Source: a virus (taxonomy: Duplodnaviria; Caudoviricetes). From it: 31,496 nt of DNA. Below, in pieces: positions 16,408 through 26,300 of the stretch (positions are counted from its first letter, which is position 1; each line of letters opens with the position of its first letter). Both the position numbers and the translations under genes were made by a program. The DNA is taken from IMG/VR virus record IMGVR_UViG_3300018428_007035, positions 1 to 31,496 of that record, one strand, 5' to 3'. The notes under the pieces are model-generated. The model saw only the letters and a program-made list of their open reading frames with translations. It did not search any database and had not been told where the DNA came from.

Positions 16408-17486
16408 TATCTGACTTGAGATTCAAGCAAAAAAATGTCACGATCCACCATTTTTTTTACTAATGATTGAAAAGTGCTCTTTGGCTTCCAGCCTAAATCG
16501 TTTTTTATTTTGTTTGGAGAACCAAGTAGCAACTCAACTTCAGCAGGACGGAAAAATTTTGGGTCTATTTTTAGTAGTATTTCTCCATCTTCATCTCTAA
16601 AAGTTTCATTGATAGGGTCATCTGTATCGTTAACCCAAGAACCTTCAATGTCTGCAGCGGCAAAAGCTTGTTCTACAAAATCTCTGATTTTATGAGTCTC
16701 ACCAGAAGCTACTACATAGTCACGAATACTGCTATTGTCTTCCCAATCATTTCTGTGTTCATCTTGGTGAAGCATTCTCCAAACTGCGTCCATGAAGTCT
16801 TCCGCATCACTCCAATCTCTTTTTGCATCAAGATTGCCCAAAGATATAGGCTCTATAGGTTTTAACCATCGTAAAGCTTCTTGTATTTTAGCTACCCCTT
16901 TAGAAATTTTACGAGTTACAAATTCTTCTCCTCTGCGAGTACCTTCGTGGTTAAACAACCAGCCTTGAACCGCATAAATATCATAACTATCCCTGTAGAC
17001 TTTAACGAGGTGCCTAGCACCTGCTTTTGCTGCTCCATAAGGTGATCTTGGCCTAAGAGGATGCTCTTCATTTTGTGGCGAATATAGAACATCTCCAAAT
17101 TCTTCGCTAGTTCCAGCATTGTAAAAACGGGTCTCAGGGCTAAACTTTCTTATTGCTTCAAGAATGTGAAGAACACCTGTCGCATTAGCATTCCATGTAG
17201 AAACTGGAATTTCCCAACTCGCCGCTACAAAACTTTGAGCTGCAAAATTAATAAAATATTTTGGTTGATACTTTTCTACTGCATTTTGTATAGATTCATT
17301 GTCCGTTAAATCAAAATATACAGTCTCAAATCTTTCTGAGTTTATATGCGCAATATTTAAATGATTAGGCACAGATAAACGCCGTGTGGCTCCAACTATG
17401 TGGTAATCTGTGTTTTCGAGCAAGTAGTCTACCATATGACTACCATCTTGACCTGTAACACCCGTAACTATAATGATATTTTTCAT
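16407..17486 (-). CDS. gmd: GDP-mannose 4,6-dehydratase
   Basis: TGVTGQDGS, AAQSFV, GTSEEFG, PRSPYGAAK, LFNHE..RGEEFVTRKI, LGNLDAKRDW, FFRPAEV. Start MKNII via ATGA overlap. Confidence 0.93.
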   Translation of the reverse strand: MKNIIIVTGVTGQDGSHMVDYLLENTDYHIVGATRRLSVPNHLNIAHINSERFETVYFDLTDNESIQNAVEKYQPKYFINFAAQSFVAASWEIPVSTWNANATGVLHILEAIRKFSPETRFYNAGTSEEFGDVLYSPQNEEHPLRPRSPYGAAKAGARHLVKVYRDSYDIYAVQGWLFNHEGTRRGEEFVTRKISKGVAKIQEALRWLKPIEPISLGNLDAKRDWSDAEDFMDAVWRMLHQDEHRNDWEDNSSIRDYVVASGETHKIRDFVEQAFAAADIEGSWVNDTDDPINETFRDEDGEILLKIDPKFFRPAEVELLLGSPNKIKNDLGWKPKSTFQSLVKKMVDRDIFLLESQVR

Positions 17487-18400
17487 AGTTGTTGTTTTAT
17501 AAACCAATCATATGTTTTCCTTAATCCTTCATCAAAAGAAGTTTTAGCCTTAAAGCAAAACTTGGATTCCGCTTTAGATGTATCTAGACATCTACGAGGT
17601 TGACCATTAGGCTTTGAAGAATCATAAATAATTCCCCCTTTGAATCCTACGACATTTTTAATTTTTTCTACTAAATCTTTTATTTTGATTTCTTGCCCTG
17701 TCCCTATATTTACTGGTTCAGGAGAATTGTAATGCTCTAATGCTAACTCAATAGCTTCTGCGCAATCTCCTGCATAAAGAAACTCCCTTGATGCTGATCC
17801 ATCTCCCCATACGGTAACATTAGAAGCTCCAGATTCCTTAGCTTCATGCATTTTACGAATCAAAGCTGGTATAACATGAGAATTTTCTAAATCAAAATGG
17901 TCATGCTCTCCATACATGTTTACGGGTATAAGGTGAATAAAATTATCGTCGTATTGTTGATTATAATACTGGCATCCCATCATCAAAGCTCTTTTTGCTA
18001 TGCCGTAAGGAGCATTTGTTTCTTCAGGGTAACCATTCCAAATGTTTTCTTCCTTAAAAGGCACTTCAGTAAATTTAGGGTATGAGCATACAGAGCCTAA
18101 AGTGATCATCTTTTTCACTTGGTCAAACTCACTAGCAAGTTTGAGTATGTTGGAAGACATTTGAAGGTTCTTCTCAAAAAATGCTGCAGGGCTTTTCCTG
18201 TTAGCACCAATGCCGCCACATCTAGCCGCAAGATGAATTATAACACTAAAATCATTACTCTGAAAATATTCTTCAAGAGCATTATAATTTGAAACGTCTA
18301 ATTCCGAAGAAGGGGGGGTAAGCAAATCATATTTAAAATTTAACCTTTTGATTAAATGATTTCCTAAAAATCCTGATGAGCCTGTAATTAAAATATTCAT
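17483..18400 (-). CDS. fcl: GDP-L-fucose synthase (epimerase/reductase)
   Basis: TGSSGFLG, AARCGGIGAN, LGSVCSYP, TNAPYGIAK, PVNMYG, SHVIPALIRK, WGDGSASREFLY. Confidence 0.93.
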   Translation of the reverse strand: MNILITGSSGFLGNHLIKRLNFKYDLLTPPSSELDVSNYNALEEYFQSNDFSVIIHLAARCGGIGANRKSPAAFFEKNLQMSSNILKLASEFDQVKKMITLGSVCSYPKFTEVPFKEENIWNGYPEETNAPYGIAKRALMMGCQYYNQQYDDNFIHLIPVNMYGEHDHFDLENSHVIPALIRKMHEAKESGASNVTVWGDGSASREFLYAGDCAEAIELALEHYNSPEPVNIGTGQEIKIKDLVEKIKNVVGFKGGIIYDSSKPNGQPRRCLDTSKAESKFCFKAKTSFDEGLRKTYDWFIKQQL

Positions 18401-18444
18401 CTACTGTTCTTTATTCATTTTTTAAAGAAATTTTTGATTGCGCT

Positions 18445-19395
18445 TTAAAACTTGATTGTTTGCAGCCCATTATTCTCTAAAGAAATATTAATATTTGGAA
18501 GAGTTTTATCAATACTTATTTCATAATCTTTTGCTGCGATAACCAGAAAATAACCACCTCCTCCAGCTCCACACAATTTGTGCCCTAGAATCCCAGAATC
18601 TTGTGATAGCTTTTTATCTATATTCTTTAAACTTTTATTATTTAAAATATGTACGCTAGTTTCTTTTTTGTATGCCCAACTTTCGTTAAAAGATTTGAAA
18701 AAACTACTATGATCATTTTCTTTTAGCGCTTTTAACATTGAATCTACTTCTTTTATAAGGGGAAAGCTTTTATCAATATTAATTGTTTTTAATATGCTGT
18801 TTGACTTTCTTTTTATTCCGGTAAATACTAAATAGAAATTAAATTCTTCGAATATATTTGACTCTATTTTTGTGCATTTAACATTTCCTTTATCAGTAAA
18901 CTCTAACAATTTAAACCCGGGAAATCCGCATCCATACGTATCTTGATAGCCGTTAAAAGGATTCACCTTAGATTCTAATTGATATGCTATTTTGCATATA
19001 TCTAAAACATCATGTTTGACGTTATGCATATGAAAAAAAGAAGAAACTAAATTAATAAAATATGAAGAAGAAGATGCTAATCCAGAACCAAAAGAAAAAA
19101 CATCTGCATTTAATGAAACTTTCATCGGGTCAGCATTAAAGTAAGATAAAGCCACTTTAATAACTTCATTTTTAATTGACTGTATATTTTGGCAAGCTTG
19201 CGGCTCAGAATATGATAAAATGTATTTTTTATCTACATTATTGAATCCGTTAATATCTTTATGAAGAGAAGTATATGTATATAAATTTGGAGTGAAAGAT
19301 ATAACCTTTCCAACTTTATATTTTTTTAAGTAAAGCGGTGAATCTGTTGATCCTCCAGCTAGAGATATTCTTAATGGGCATTTACTTATTATCAT
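18445..19395 (-). CDS. GHMP sugar kinase, HddA (heptose-7-phosphate kinase)-like
   Basis: PLRISLAGGSTD, GSGLASSS, GYQD, GHKLCGAGGGGYF. Confidence 0.85.
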   Translation of the reverse strand: MIISKCPLRISLAGGSTDSPLYLKKYKVGKVISFTPNLYTYTSLHKDINGFNNVDKKYILSYSEPQACQNIQSIKNEVIKVALSYFNADPMKVSLNADVFSFGSGLASSSSYFINLVSSFFHMHNVKHDVLDICKIAYQLESKVNPFNGYQDTYGCGFPGFKLLEFTDKGNVKCTKIESNIFEEFNFYLVFTGIKRKSNSILKTINIDKSFPLIKEVDSMLKALKENDHSSFFKSFNESWAYKKETSVHILNNKSLKNIDKKLSQDSGILGHKLCGAGGGGYFLVIAAKDYEISIDKTLPNINISLENNGLQTIKF

Positions 19396-20107
19396 TTAAT
19401 CTAGATCTTAATTCGGACGAAGACCAATGATGATTGCGTTCGTGATAAATAATTCCATAAGAAAACTCTTGTCCTGTTGCTATCTTGCCTTTATAATCAG
19501 AGCCTAAAACCCTAATATGAGGCTTTATATTCTTAAGTAAATCATATAAATCTTTTTCCGTATCGTACAAAAGAATTTTATCTATGTAAGATATAGACTC
19601 TAGCTGTATCTTTCTTTCTGCTAAGGATTGTATTGGTTTATTTTTAGGTTTTTGCAGAGGCCTATTTAAATAATCATCTATTGTTGGGTCAGTTTGTAAG
19701 CCTACATATAATATATCGCAAACAGATTTTGCTTCTTTTAGAAATAAACAATGCCCTGCATGCAACAAGTCAAAAGCCCCTGCAACAAATCCTGTAATTT
19801 TACAATTATTGTCTTGTCTCCAACTATAAGCATTGACAGACTTATCATCTACAAATATATCAAAACTAGGTTTGCCTAAAATTAATTCATTATAATTAAC
19901 GCCCCAACTTTTTAGTTGTTTTTTTGTAAGCTCTGACCAATCTATACCAGAACCAGAACCTCTGGCTGTAAAAATCTTTATATAAGATCCTTCAGATTTA
20001 AGACTATTAATTTTATTTATAACAGGCCTATAAGGAACACTTTCTTCGTAATTTTTAGAGGAAGACGTAGCGCATATCGTATTATCTAAATCAAAACAGT
20101 AAATCAT
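19382..20107 (-). CDS. HAD phosphatase fused to HxGH nucleotidyltransferase (TagD/RfaE-C-like)
   Basis: FDLDNTI, FTARG, GKP, FVDDK, then AGAFDLLHAGH, VGLQTD, RVLGSDY, WSSSELR. Start may be 20107 (ATGA overlap) or 20119. Confidence 0.88.
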   Translation of the reverse strand: MIYCFDLDNTICATSSSKNYEESVPYRPVINKINSLKSEGSYIKIFTARGSGSGIDWSELTKKQLKSWGVNYNELILGKPSFDIFVDDKSVNAYSWRQDNNCKITGFVAGAFDLLHAGHCLFLKEAKSVCDILYVGLQTDPTIDDYLNRPLQKPKNKPIQSLAERKIQLESISYIDKILLYDTEKDLYDLLKNIKPHIRVLGSDYKGKIATGQEFSYGIIYHERNHHWSSSELRSRLNDNK

Positions 20108-20853
20108 TTTTTCTTGCACATAAAATAATAAGAATTGTGGTGATTTCTTAACCTTACCTCGAAATCGTAATTTAAAACTTCAAAATATTTAAATAAGATT
20201 TTATCCCAAGGAACTTTTGAATCGAATACGGTTTTATGAAGCTGATACTGTTTTGGGTCATTACTATTGTAAGAAGGGTGGCCTTGATAGAATCCGTTGC
20301 TATCTCTTGTATCGGGAAATAAAGCTATACTGCCAAAAAACAAACCGTTTTCTGAAAGATGATTGGACACGTTGCGGAAAAAAACATCTAAATCTTTTTC
20401 TCTAAAATGCTCTATGACCTCCCAGCAAGTAATAATATCAAATTTAACTTTTTCGCTCTTTTCGTTTTCGATACTAAATGGTTTGGCTAAATCGGCATGT
20501 CTTAATACTTTTTTGTTTTCTTCTTGATGCCAGTTATGATGCTTATAAACACCAAGACTACCATCTAAGCCGATACAAATATCAGTTTGCAACTGCTGAT
20601 TATAATCAAGTATTAAACTGCCTCCAGCACACCCTAAATCAAGACAATTAACCGAACCGTTGAAACGGCTTAAAGATTCTGATATCAATTTTGCGTCTGT
20701 ATGGTTGTCTGCACCGGCAGAGCAGTTTAGTTTTAAAGGCGTCACTTTCACATTGGCTAAACCTTTTGGATCTAAAGGGTTAAATTCTTGAGCATGAATA
20801 GTGAAATCTGGCTGGTCTATACAAAGAGGGGTCTGTGTTACTATTTTTATCAT
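20104..20853 (-). CDS. Class I SAM-dependent methyltransferase
   Basis: CLDLGCAGG, IGLDG, FDIITCWEVIEH, LSENGLF. Confidence 0.85.
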   Translation of the reverse strand: MIKIVTQTPLCIDQPDFTIHAQEFNPLDPKGLANVKVTPLKLNCSAGADNHTDAKLISESLSRFNGSVNCLDLGCAGGSLILDYNQQLQTDICIGLDGSLGVYKHHNWHQEENKKVLRHADLAKPFSIENEKSEKVKFDIITCWEVIEHFREKDLDVFFRNVSNHLSENGLFFGSIALFPDTRDSNGFYQGHPSYNSNDPKQYQLHKTVFDSKVPWDKILFKYFEVLNYDFEVRLRNHHNSYYFMCKKK

Positions 20854-21830
20854 TTTATAAAATTTTTTTTAAATTGGTCCATTACTCGTCTTGGATTAAA
20901 ATCTTTATAACAATTCCAGTCTTTTGAATTATCAATTTTAAATTCTTGAATAATTTTATAAAGTTCTAGTCCATTGTTGTAATATAAAGCTTTGTCTTTC
21001 AAAATGCAAATATGGTTTCTTTCTGGGGAGCCCCCATAGGTGATGACTCTTTTGTTTCTAATTGAAAATTCACCACAAGCCACACCAAAACTTTCGCCTT
21101 CCAGCCTTGAATGCGAAAACGCATCGCAGGTATTGATAAACCGGGTCTTGAAATTTAAATCTGCGGTAGTCGGCAAATAAATAACATTTGGATGATTAAA
21201 TATTTTTGGTGTATTCTGAAATAGAAAGTAAATATTTTTTTTCTCATTAAGAATCTTAGCGATGACATGGTTTGTGAAACTTATATTCCAAGTGTCCATT
21301 CCGCCAGTTCTTCCAAATACTATGCCGTCTAAAGGTATATTTAGCTCTTGCCTCATATTTTCATTAATATCAGGCAAATCAATTATACTAGGAACAACGG
21401 GCACTTCACCATCACTGCAAAAATCACTTAGCCAGTCAGAAATAAAAGCATATGAATCACCATGCTTTTCTTTTTTTGGGTCTACTATACTGCAGCATAA
21501 AATGCAAGTTTTAACATTTTTTGGGCAAAGCCCATCGTTTAAACCTTTTTTTTGAACGTAAAAAAAATCACTTTTATCTAGCTGGTTGGATAAAAAGTTT
21601 TCAACTTTATGATTGCAATCCTGCATATTTTCTACGCTTGCACTGATAGAAAAAACATCAAATTGATTTTTAAATTTATCTATAGCCGTGATATCGTTAA
21701 GAGGATGATTTTTATTGTACAAAATGTTAACGTCCCAATTAAAGAATTGCCTACCGTAAAAAGCGTAATCGTACATCGTGACCTCTGTACCTCTGAGACC
21801 AAGACACGGGCTAAAAAAAGTTATTTTCAT
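20850..21830 (-). CDS. GT-B (GT4-like) glycosyltransferase
   Basis: LRGTEVTMYDYA, FINTCDAFSHSRLEGESFGVACGEF (ExFG..E motif). Confidence 0.8.
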   Translation of the reverse strand: MKITFFSPCLGLRGTEVTMYDYAFYGRQFFNWDVNILYNKNHPLNDITAIDKFKNQFDVFSISASVENMQDCNHKVENFLSNQLDKSDFFYVQKKGLNDGLCPKNVKTCILCCSIVDPKKEKHGDSYAFISDWLSDFCSDGEVPVVPSIIDLPDINENMRQELNIPLDGIVFGRTGGMDTWNISFTNHVIAKILNEKKNIYFLFQNTPKIFNHPNVIYLPTTADLNFKTRFINTCDAFSHSRLEGESFGVACGEFSIRNKRVITYGGSPERNHICILKDKALYYNNGLELYKIIQEFKIDNSKDWNCYKDFNPRRVMDQFKKNFIK

Positions 21831-22780
21831 TTTAAATTCTTATTGATAGTTGTTAATATTTTTAACGCTCTAGCTTCGGTAGTAGCATTTTTGTATAGCC
21901 ATTGCCTTTGCTTGAGTAGCATTTCAATGTATTTTTCTGTGGGCTTATTATTATTCAGTAACATCTTAAATAAATCATTAAGCTCTTTTGGTGTCGAATA
22001 ACTAAAACACGGTAAATCAACTGGGGAACATAGGTGAGGTTTTTTGTTGTAATCTCTAAATAATAATAAAGTTCCTGCCGCCATTATTTCATAATGCCTC
22101 ATACAGTCCCAGCCTCCTTTTATACTAGTTAATCCAAACCAAGATTTGCGCAAATCATTATAATAATCATCTTCATCAAAAAATTTATAATGTCTGTTAG
22201 ATCCCCACATATCAGAAGGACGTTGAAAAATAGAGTGATAAGGCGCTGTAGATTGAATTAATTGGGTTTTATTTGATAAACTGATTGGCATAATCCTTTC
22301 GTAAGGAATACCGAACCCAGTTGGCCAGACTTTTTCGCCTTCGACTATAAGCTCTCTTTTAAAGCAATTTGAGAATTGATTACCTATAACATCTTCGCCG
22401 TTAAAATTAATTTTTACAGGAGCATCGCCATACAAATCATTGCCATCAAGGAAAAATATATTACCCGGATTGATCAAGCTTTCAATCTCAGGATACCTTT
22501 TCAGGTTAGCATGATTAGCTCCATATAATATTGCATTTATACCATCTAAAGATCTATCACATTTAGAGATATCTGATATAGGATTATTATAAAGAGAAAA
22601 GCCCCTCCCGTGAAGATCTGTTTTTTTAACTTCGGACCATTCCCCATACATTATTTTTTTTCTAGGGAAATCAATACAATCATTACCTAAAACTTTTCTT
22701 AATCCATTAAGGGTGCAAACCTCTAAGTAATCACCTTGGGCGCTGCCTTTTTTGTCGCATGTTATAAAAGCAAGCTTCAC
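21827..22780 (-). CDS. Putative GT-B glycosyltransferase
   Basis: YYNDLRKSWFGL..KGGWDCMRHYEIMAAGTLLL; GTG start. Confidence 0.68.
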   Translation of the reverse strand: MKLAFITCDKKGSAQGDYLEVCTLNGLRKVLGNDCIDFPRKKIMYGEWSEVKKTDLHGRGFSLYNNPISDISKCDRSLDGINAILYGANHANLKRYPEIESLINPGNIFFLDGNDLYGDAPVKINFNGEDVIGNQFSNCFKRELIVEGEKVWPTGFGIPYERIMPISLSNKTQLIQSTAPYHSIFQRPSDMWGSNRHYKFFDEDDYYNDLRKSWFGLTSIKGGWDCMRHYEIMAAGTLLLFRDYNKKPHLCSPVDLPCFSYSTPKELNDLFKMLLNNNKPTEKYIEMLLKQRQWLYKNATTEARALKILTTINKNLK

Positions 22781-23913
22781 TGCTTTGTTATATTTATTTT
22801 TATAAAATCTTTATCTGGATTATCGGTTAGAACCATAATATATCCATAACCTCCAGCCCCCATCACTTTAGCTCCGTAGTGTCGAGATTTAATATCTTCT
22901 ATTATAGGTTTCATATAATCACTTTCATAGCCCGGTATCATGGTTTTTTGAGCTACATGGGTACGGTTGATTACATCGCCCAGTGCAATAATATCTTTTT
23001 CATGTAGCGCTTGCCATGCTTCATCTCCAAGCTTAGATATAGCCGAAACATTTTCATAATTAATTTTTTCTCTGCCATCATAAACATGATATCCAACAGG
23101 TCGTGGTTTAGTTTGCTTCAAATAAACAAAGTTATTTAAAAAATCCACCATTTCTTCAGTTCCGTTTTCTATTTTATATGGGAAATAATCTCCATGGAAA
23201 TGAAGCCTGTTAATTCCCGGTAAACAGATACCTAGCTGATCAACTACTCCAGATACATATTCTCTATCAGGGGGGTTTTCTATAGCAAAAATTATTTTTG
23301 CTAACTCTATTCTGTCGAGATGTTTTGGTAATGATGGTCCGAATACTCTTTTGATAACTTCTATAGTCGAAGAAGATAATCCTGATCTAATATCTGAATC
23401 AATAGGTTCAAAATTGGCTAATATAACACTTCCATCACACAAAGAATTAATATTTTTTTGATCATAAAAACTTACGAGATCAATTCTTTGAGGTATAAGA
23501 TTAATGCTTTTTTTAATATTGGAGCTAGATAATTGTCTAGTATTTATTTCTGGTTGCCTTTTTAAAACAATGTATTCAACACCATGCTTTTCGCACACGT
23601 TTCGTTTTTCAGGCATATCGCCATCTTCATTGATAATAAAAAAGTCTTTACCTGATAGAAAATTTTCAAAATTAGTTAAAGCTGGGTCTAATGGCGTATA
23701 AACCTTGGCTACATGTTTTATTCTAGAAACAATATAAGCCCTTTCTGATTGAGAATATATAGGCCTTTTATGTTTATTGACAATGGAGCTCTCATCTGAT
23801 CCTACTAAAACACTAAGCTCTCCGTAAGATGCGGCTTGCTCTAAAAATTTAGCATGGCCAGAATGAAATAAATCAAAGTATCCGGCAACTAATACTTGTT
23901 TATTTTCTTGCAT
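22777..23913 (-). CDS. HxGH nucleotidyltransferase fused to a GHMP-type sugar kinase
   Basis: AGYFDLFHSGH, VGSD, INEDG, SSS, then PQRIDL, RSGLSSST, ENPP..VSG..DQLGI, GAKVMGAGGYGY. Confidence 0.85.
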   Translation of the reverse strand: MQENKQVLVAGYFDLFHSGHAKFLEQAASYGELSVLVGSDESSIVNKHKRPIYSQSERAYIVSRIKHVAKVYTPLDPALTNFENFLSGKDFFIINEDGDMPEKRNVCEKHGVEYIVLKRQPEINTRQLSSSNIKKSINLIPQRIDLVSFYDQKNINSLCDGSVILANFEPIDSDIRSGLSSSTIEVIKRVFGPSLPKHLDRIELAKIIFAIENPPDREYVSGVVDQLGICLPGINRLHFHGDYFPYKIENGTEEMVDFLNNFVYLKQTKPRPVGYHVYDGREKINYENVSAISKLGDEAWQALHEKDIIALGDVINRTHVAQKTMIPGYESDYMKPIIEDIKSRHYGAKVMGAGGYGYIMVLTDNPDKDFIKINITKQ

Positions 23914-24490
23914 ATTTGTTGGAGTACTTTTTTCTTAATAATGTCAGCCCGTTATTCCAAGGTAATGTAGAAAACTCCCAAAACTGAGGATTAAGCTCTG
24001 CTACAGCTCTATACGGTCCACCTTCAGCCCATTGCCCAAAATTAAGCGTTAAATCTGTGTGGTAAAAAGGGCACGTTTCGCCATACATTAAATCATGCAA
24101 TAATATTACCGTGCTTGGAGAACATATGCGATCTATAATCTCTAATTCTTTTTTTACTTGTTGATAACTATGCCAATCATCAATATAAATAAAATCAGGG
24201 GTTGGTTTTTTATCCTTCTCCCAATTTTCTAAAAATTTAATACTATCAGATATACAATAATTCCATTTTTTATAATTTACATTTATATTCCTCCTGTCGA
24301 CATCAACCGAATAAACTTCAGCATCATTTATTTTGGCAGCTTCAACAATTGGTTTAGTGGTATGTCCATCTCTAACTCCAAGTTCAATAAAAGTACGACC
24401 TTTGCTAGCTAAAGCTATACTAAAAATAACAATGCCATGGCGATCTGAATCGCCACCGCCAGAAACACAAGACTTAATAAGCTCTTTCAT
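23900..24490 (-). CDS. Class I SAM-dependent methyltransferase (Methyltransf_24-like)
   Basis: FIELGVRDG, YSVDV, DFIYIDDWHSY, ILLHD, NGLT. Confidence 0.85.
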   Translation of the reverse strand: MKELIKSCVSGGGDSDRHGIVIFSIALASKGRTFIELGVRDGHTTKPIVEAAKINDAEVYSVDVDRRNINVNYKKWNYCISDSIKFLENWEKDKKPTPDFIYIDDWHSYQQVKKELEIIDRICSPSTVILLHDLMYGETCPFYHTDLTLNFGQWAEGGPYRAVAELNPQFWEFSTLPWNNGLTLLRKKYSNKYARK

Positions 24491-25236
24491 TATTCGCTGC
24501 CGTACTTTAATTTTCTTTTGGGGTAAAAACTTCTAAACTGGTGTAGAATAGGGTGTTTTGATCTTAACCAGTCAGGATTTCTTGTACATTCTGTAATATC
24601 AGGATTGTACTGTTCTATCTCTCCTCCTAACGCAAAAATAATTGGAATGATTATATCGTGAGAGTAAACAGCATAAAAAACATCGCATAATTCATCCAGT
24701 ATATTGCTAGATTCAAATATCTTCAAACACTCAAGAAATTTTTCAACTTTAAATATTGCTGGGACAGCGCCAAATGCTGATATTTCAACGCCTCCATATT
24801 TTAAAATAACATCATTAACTTCTTTGAAAAAATAATTATTTACTCTAGACCCTAACAAACTATGATTATTGTGTATTTTGATTTCTCCTCTTATTAACGT
24901 GTCAGGACAATGCATTAAAACGTAATCGGTTTCCAAAAACGAAAAAGCTTTTTTCAATCTAGACAAAAGATGTTTTACAGCTTTTTTATTTTTAGACCTA
25001 TTTTCTTCTAGTATGTGATCTCCGGGTTTAAACTTAAACAAACCACTTTGAGTGTCTTCTACATTTTCAATATATATATTATCGAAATATTTGTGCAGAA
25101 AATTATAATCAAGATTCGACTCAGTATTTAAATATATAGGCGATTCTGAGTGATGCGACCGAAAAGATTGGTAAGCAAAATGAATTGCTTGGGTTTCATC
25201 ATAACATAAAGTGAATACTCCTATGCTGCTTTTCAT
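24490..25236 (-). CDS. Putative GT-A glycosyltransferase
   Basis: Beta-alpha start IGVFTLCYDE, DYVLMHCPDTLI (degenerate DxD position), terminal ILHQ; cluster context. Confidence 0.55.
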   Translation of the reverse strand: MKSSIGVFTLCYDETQAIHFAYQSFRSHHSESPIYLNTESNLDYNFLHKYFDNIYIENVEDTQSGLFKFKPGDHILEENRSKNKKAVKHLLSRLKKAFSFLETDYVLMHCPDTLIRGEIKIHNNHSLLGSRVNNYFFKEVNDVILKYGGVEISAFGAVPAIFKVEKFLECLKIFESSNILDELCDVFYAVYSHDIIIPIIFALGGEIEQYNPDITECTRNPDWLRSKHPILHQFRSFYPKRKLKYGSE

Positions 25237-25496
25237 ATATTTAAAAATTTAAAGTCTTCTTTATAAAAGTCTTGAATACGACCCATTGTTTGAGCGTCGA
25301 TATTTACCATTCTTTTTTTACTAGATCCATTCAAAGGAAACTTTGCGTTAGTTTTAATTTTTAAATTACCATCAATTAATCCTTTCACATTCTGAAAATC
25401 TGGAAATCTAAAAATAACCATGTCATTGCTTTTACCTCCTGTTTTAGGTATGTGGCTAAAAAAATCTGTTTTACTATCATGTTTAAATAACGGCAT
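25233..25496 (-). pseudogene. Internally deleted sulfotransferase (Sulfotransfer_2-like remnant)
   Basis: FFSHIPKTGGKS (5'-PSB loop) and C-terminal IQDFYKEDFKFLN in only 87 aa; no central R-x-P-x-x-R-x-x-S motif. Confidence 0.65.
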
Positions 25497-25544
25497 TTTA
25501 AATGTCAAAAGATTGTAATGATTTTTATTTAGTAAAAGACCCTA

Positions 25545-26300
25545 TTAAATTTTATCGTTAAGATATTCAGGCCTCCATTTTTGACCTCCGGCAAAGTGCC
25601 TAATTATAGTATTTTCTTTTTTGCTTTTTACAATGTTGTATTTTTGTAAAAATTTACTAACATCATCTTCAGCTTCTTCTTCCAGTAAAGTTGTGTTCCA
25701 TTCAGGACCTCTTATTTCAACATGGTCTGAAAGCTCTTTTAAAGAATATTCGGTATCAAAAGTTTTATTTTTATGAAACCCATAATGTTGAAAATCAAAA
25801 AACGATGTCCAGCTGTGAGCAGGAATGCCGCAAAGAGTATACCAGCAAGCTTGCTCTCTAAAGTTTTGCCAATGATCTTCATTTTTCAATTTTTGAAAAA
25901 GTTCTTCGCTCATGATATTATCCACAAGTTTAGAAGACCATTCGTTTAAAGTTACAGTGTAATTTCCCATGCAGTGAGTATTACCATTATCAATTGCATA
26001 AGAAAAACTTTTATGAGTTTGATAAGGTTCATGATCCTTAACTATAACCATATCTGCATCCAAGTGAGTAAAAATATCGCCTTCCTTAAGGGTATTGTTT
26101 TTTATCCACTCTTGAAGAATGCTGAACTTCCACCATGTAGGATTACCTCTTACTAATTTTAACTGCTGATCATTCTTGATACATACGTATTCAAAATTGT
26201 GCCTCAAGCAATACTTTTTATTTATTGGTTCTATATACTTATCGTATAAATCCTGCTTTTCATTTTGATACCTAGCTATTACTAAAAAGTACTTTTTCAT
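25545..26300 (-). CDS. GT-A glycosyltransferase (GT34-like)
   Basis: KKYCLRHNFEY, PTWWKFSIL, HLDADMVI, REQ, EWN, IRHFAG. Confidence 0.75.
   Translation of the reverse strand: MKKYFLVIARYQNEKQDLYDKYIEPINKKYCLRHNFEYVCIKNDQQLKLVRGNPTWWKFSILQEWIKNNTLKEGDIFTHLDADMVIVKDHEPYQTHKSFSYAIDNGNTHCMGNYTVTLNEWSSKLVDNIMSEELFQKLKNEDHWQNFREQACWYTLCGIPAHSWTSFFDFQHYGFHKNKTFDTEYSLKELSDHVEIRGPEWNTTLLEEEAEDDVSKFLQKYNIVKSKKENTIIRHFAGGQKWRPEYLNDKI

Noticed and set aside
18401-18418. In-frame ATG AAT AAA GAA CAG TAG just before the fcl start, hinting at TAG recoding
   Set aside because: TAG ends genes at natural junctions (295, 7765, 9294, 13672), and the long genes are intact in code 11. Reading through the dnaE TAG reaches a TGA after only five more residues.
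550-26156. Short plus-strand ORFs in the track (e.g. 1454-1816, 9950-10240, 12969-13283, 21609-22001)
   Set aside because: All are antisense shadows of well-supported minus-strand genes and carry no motifs.
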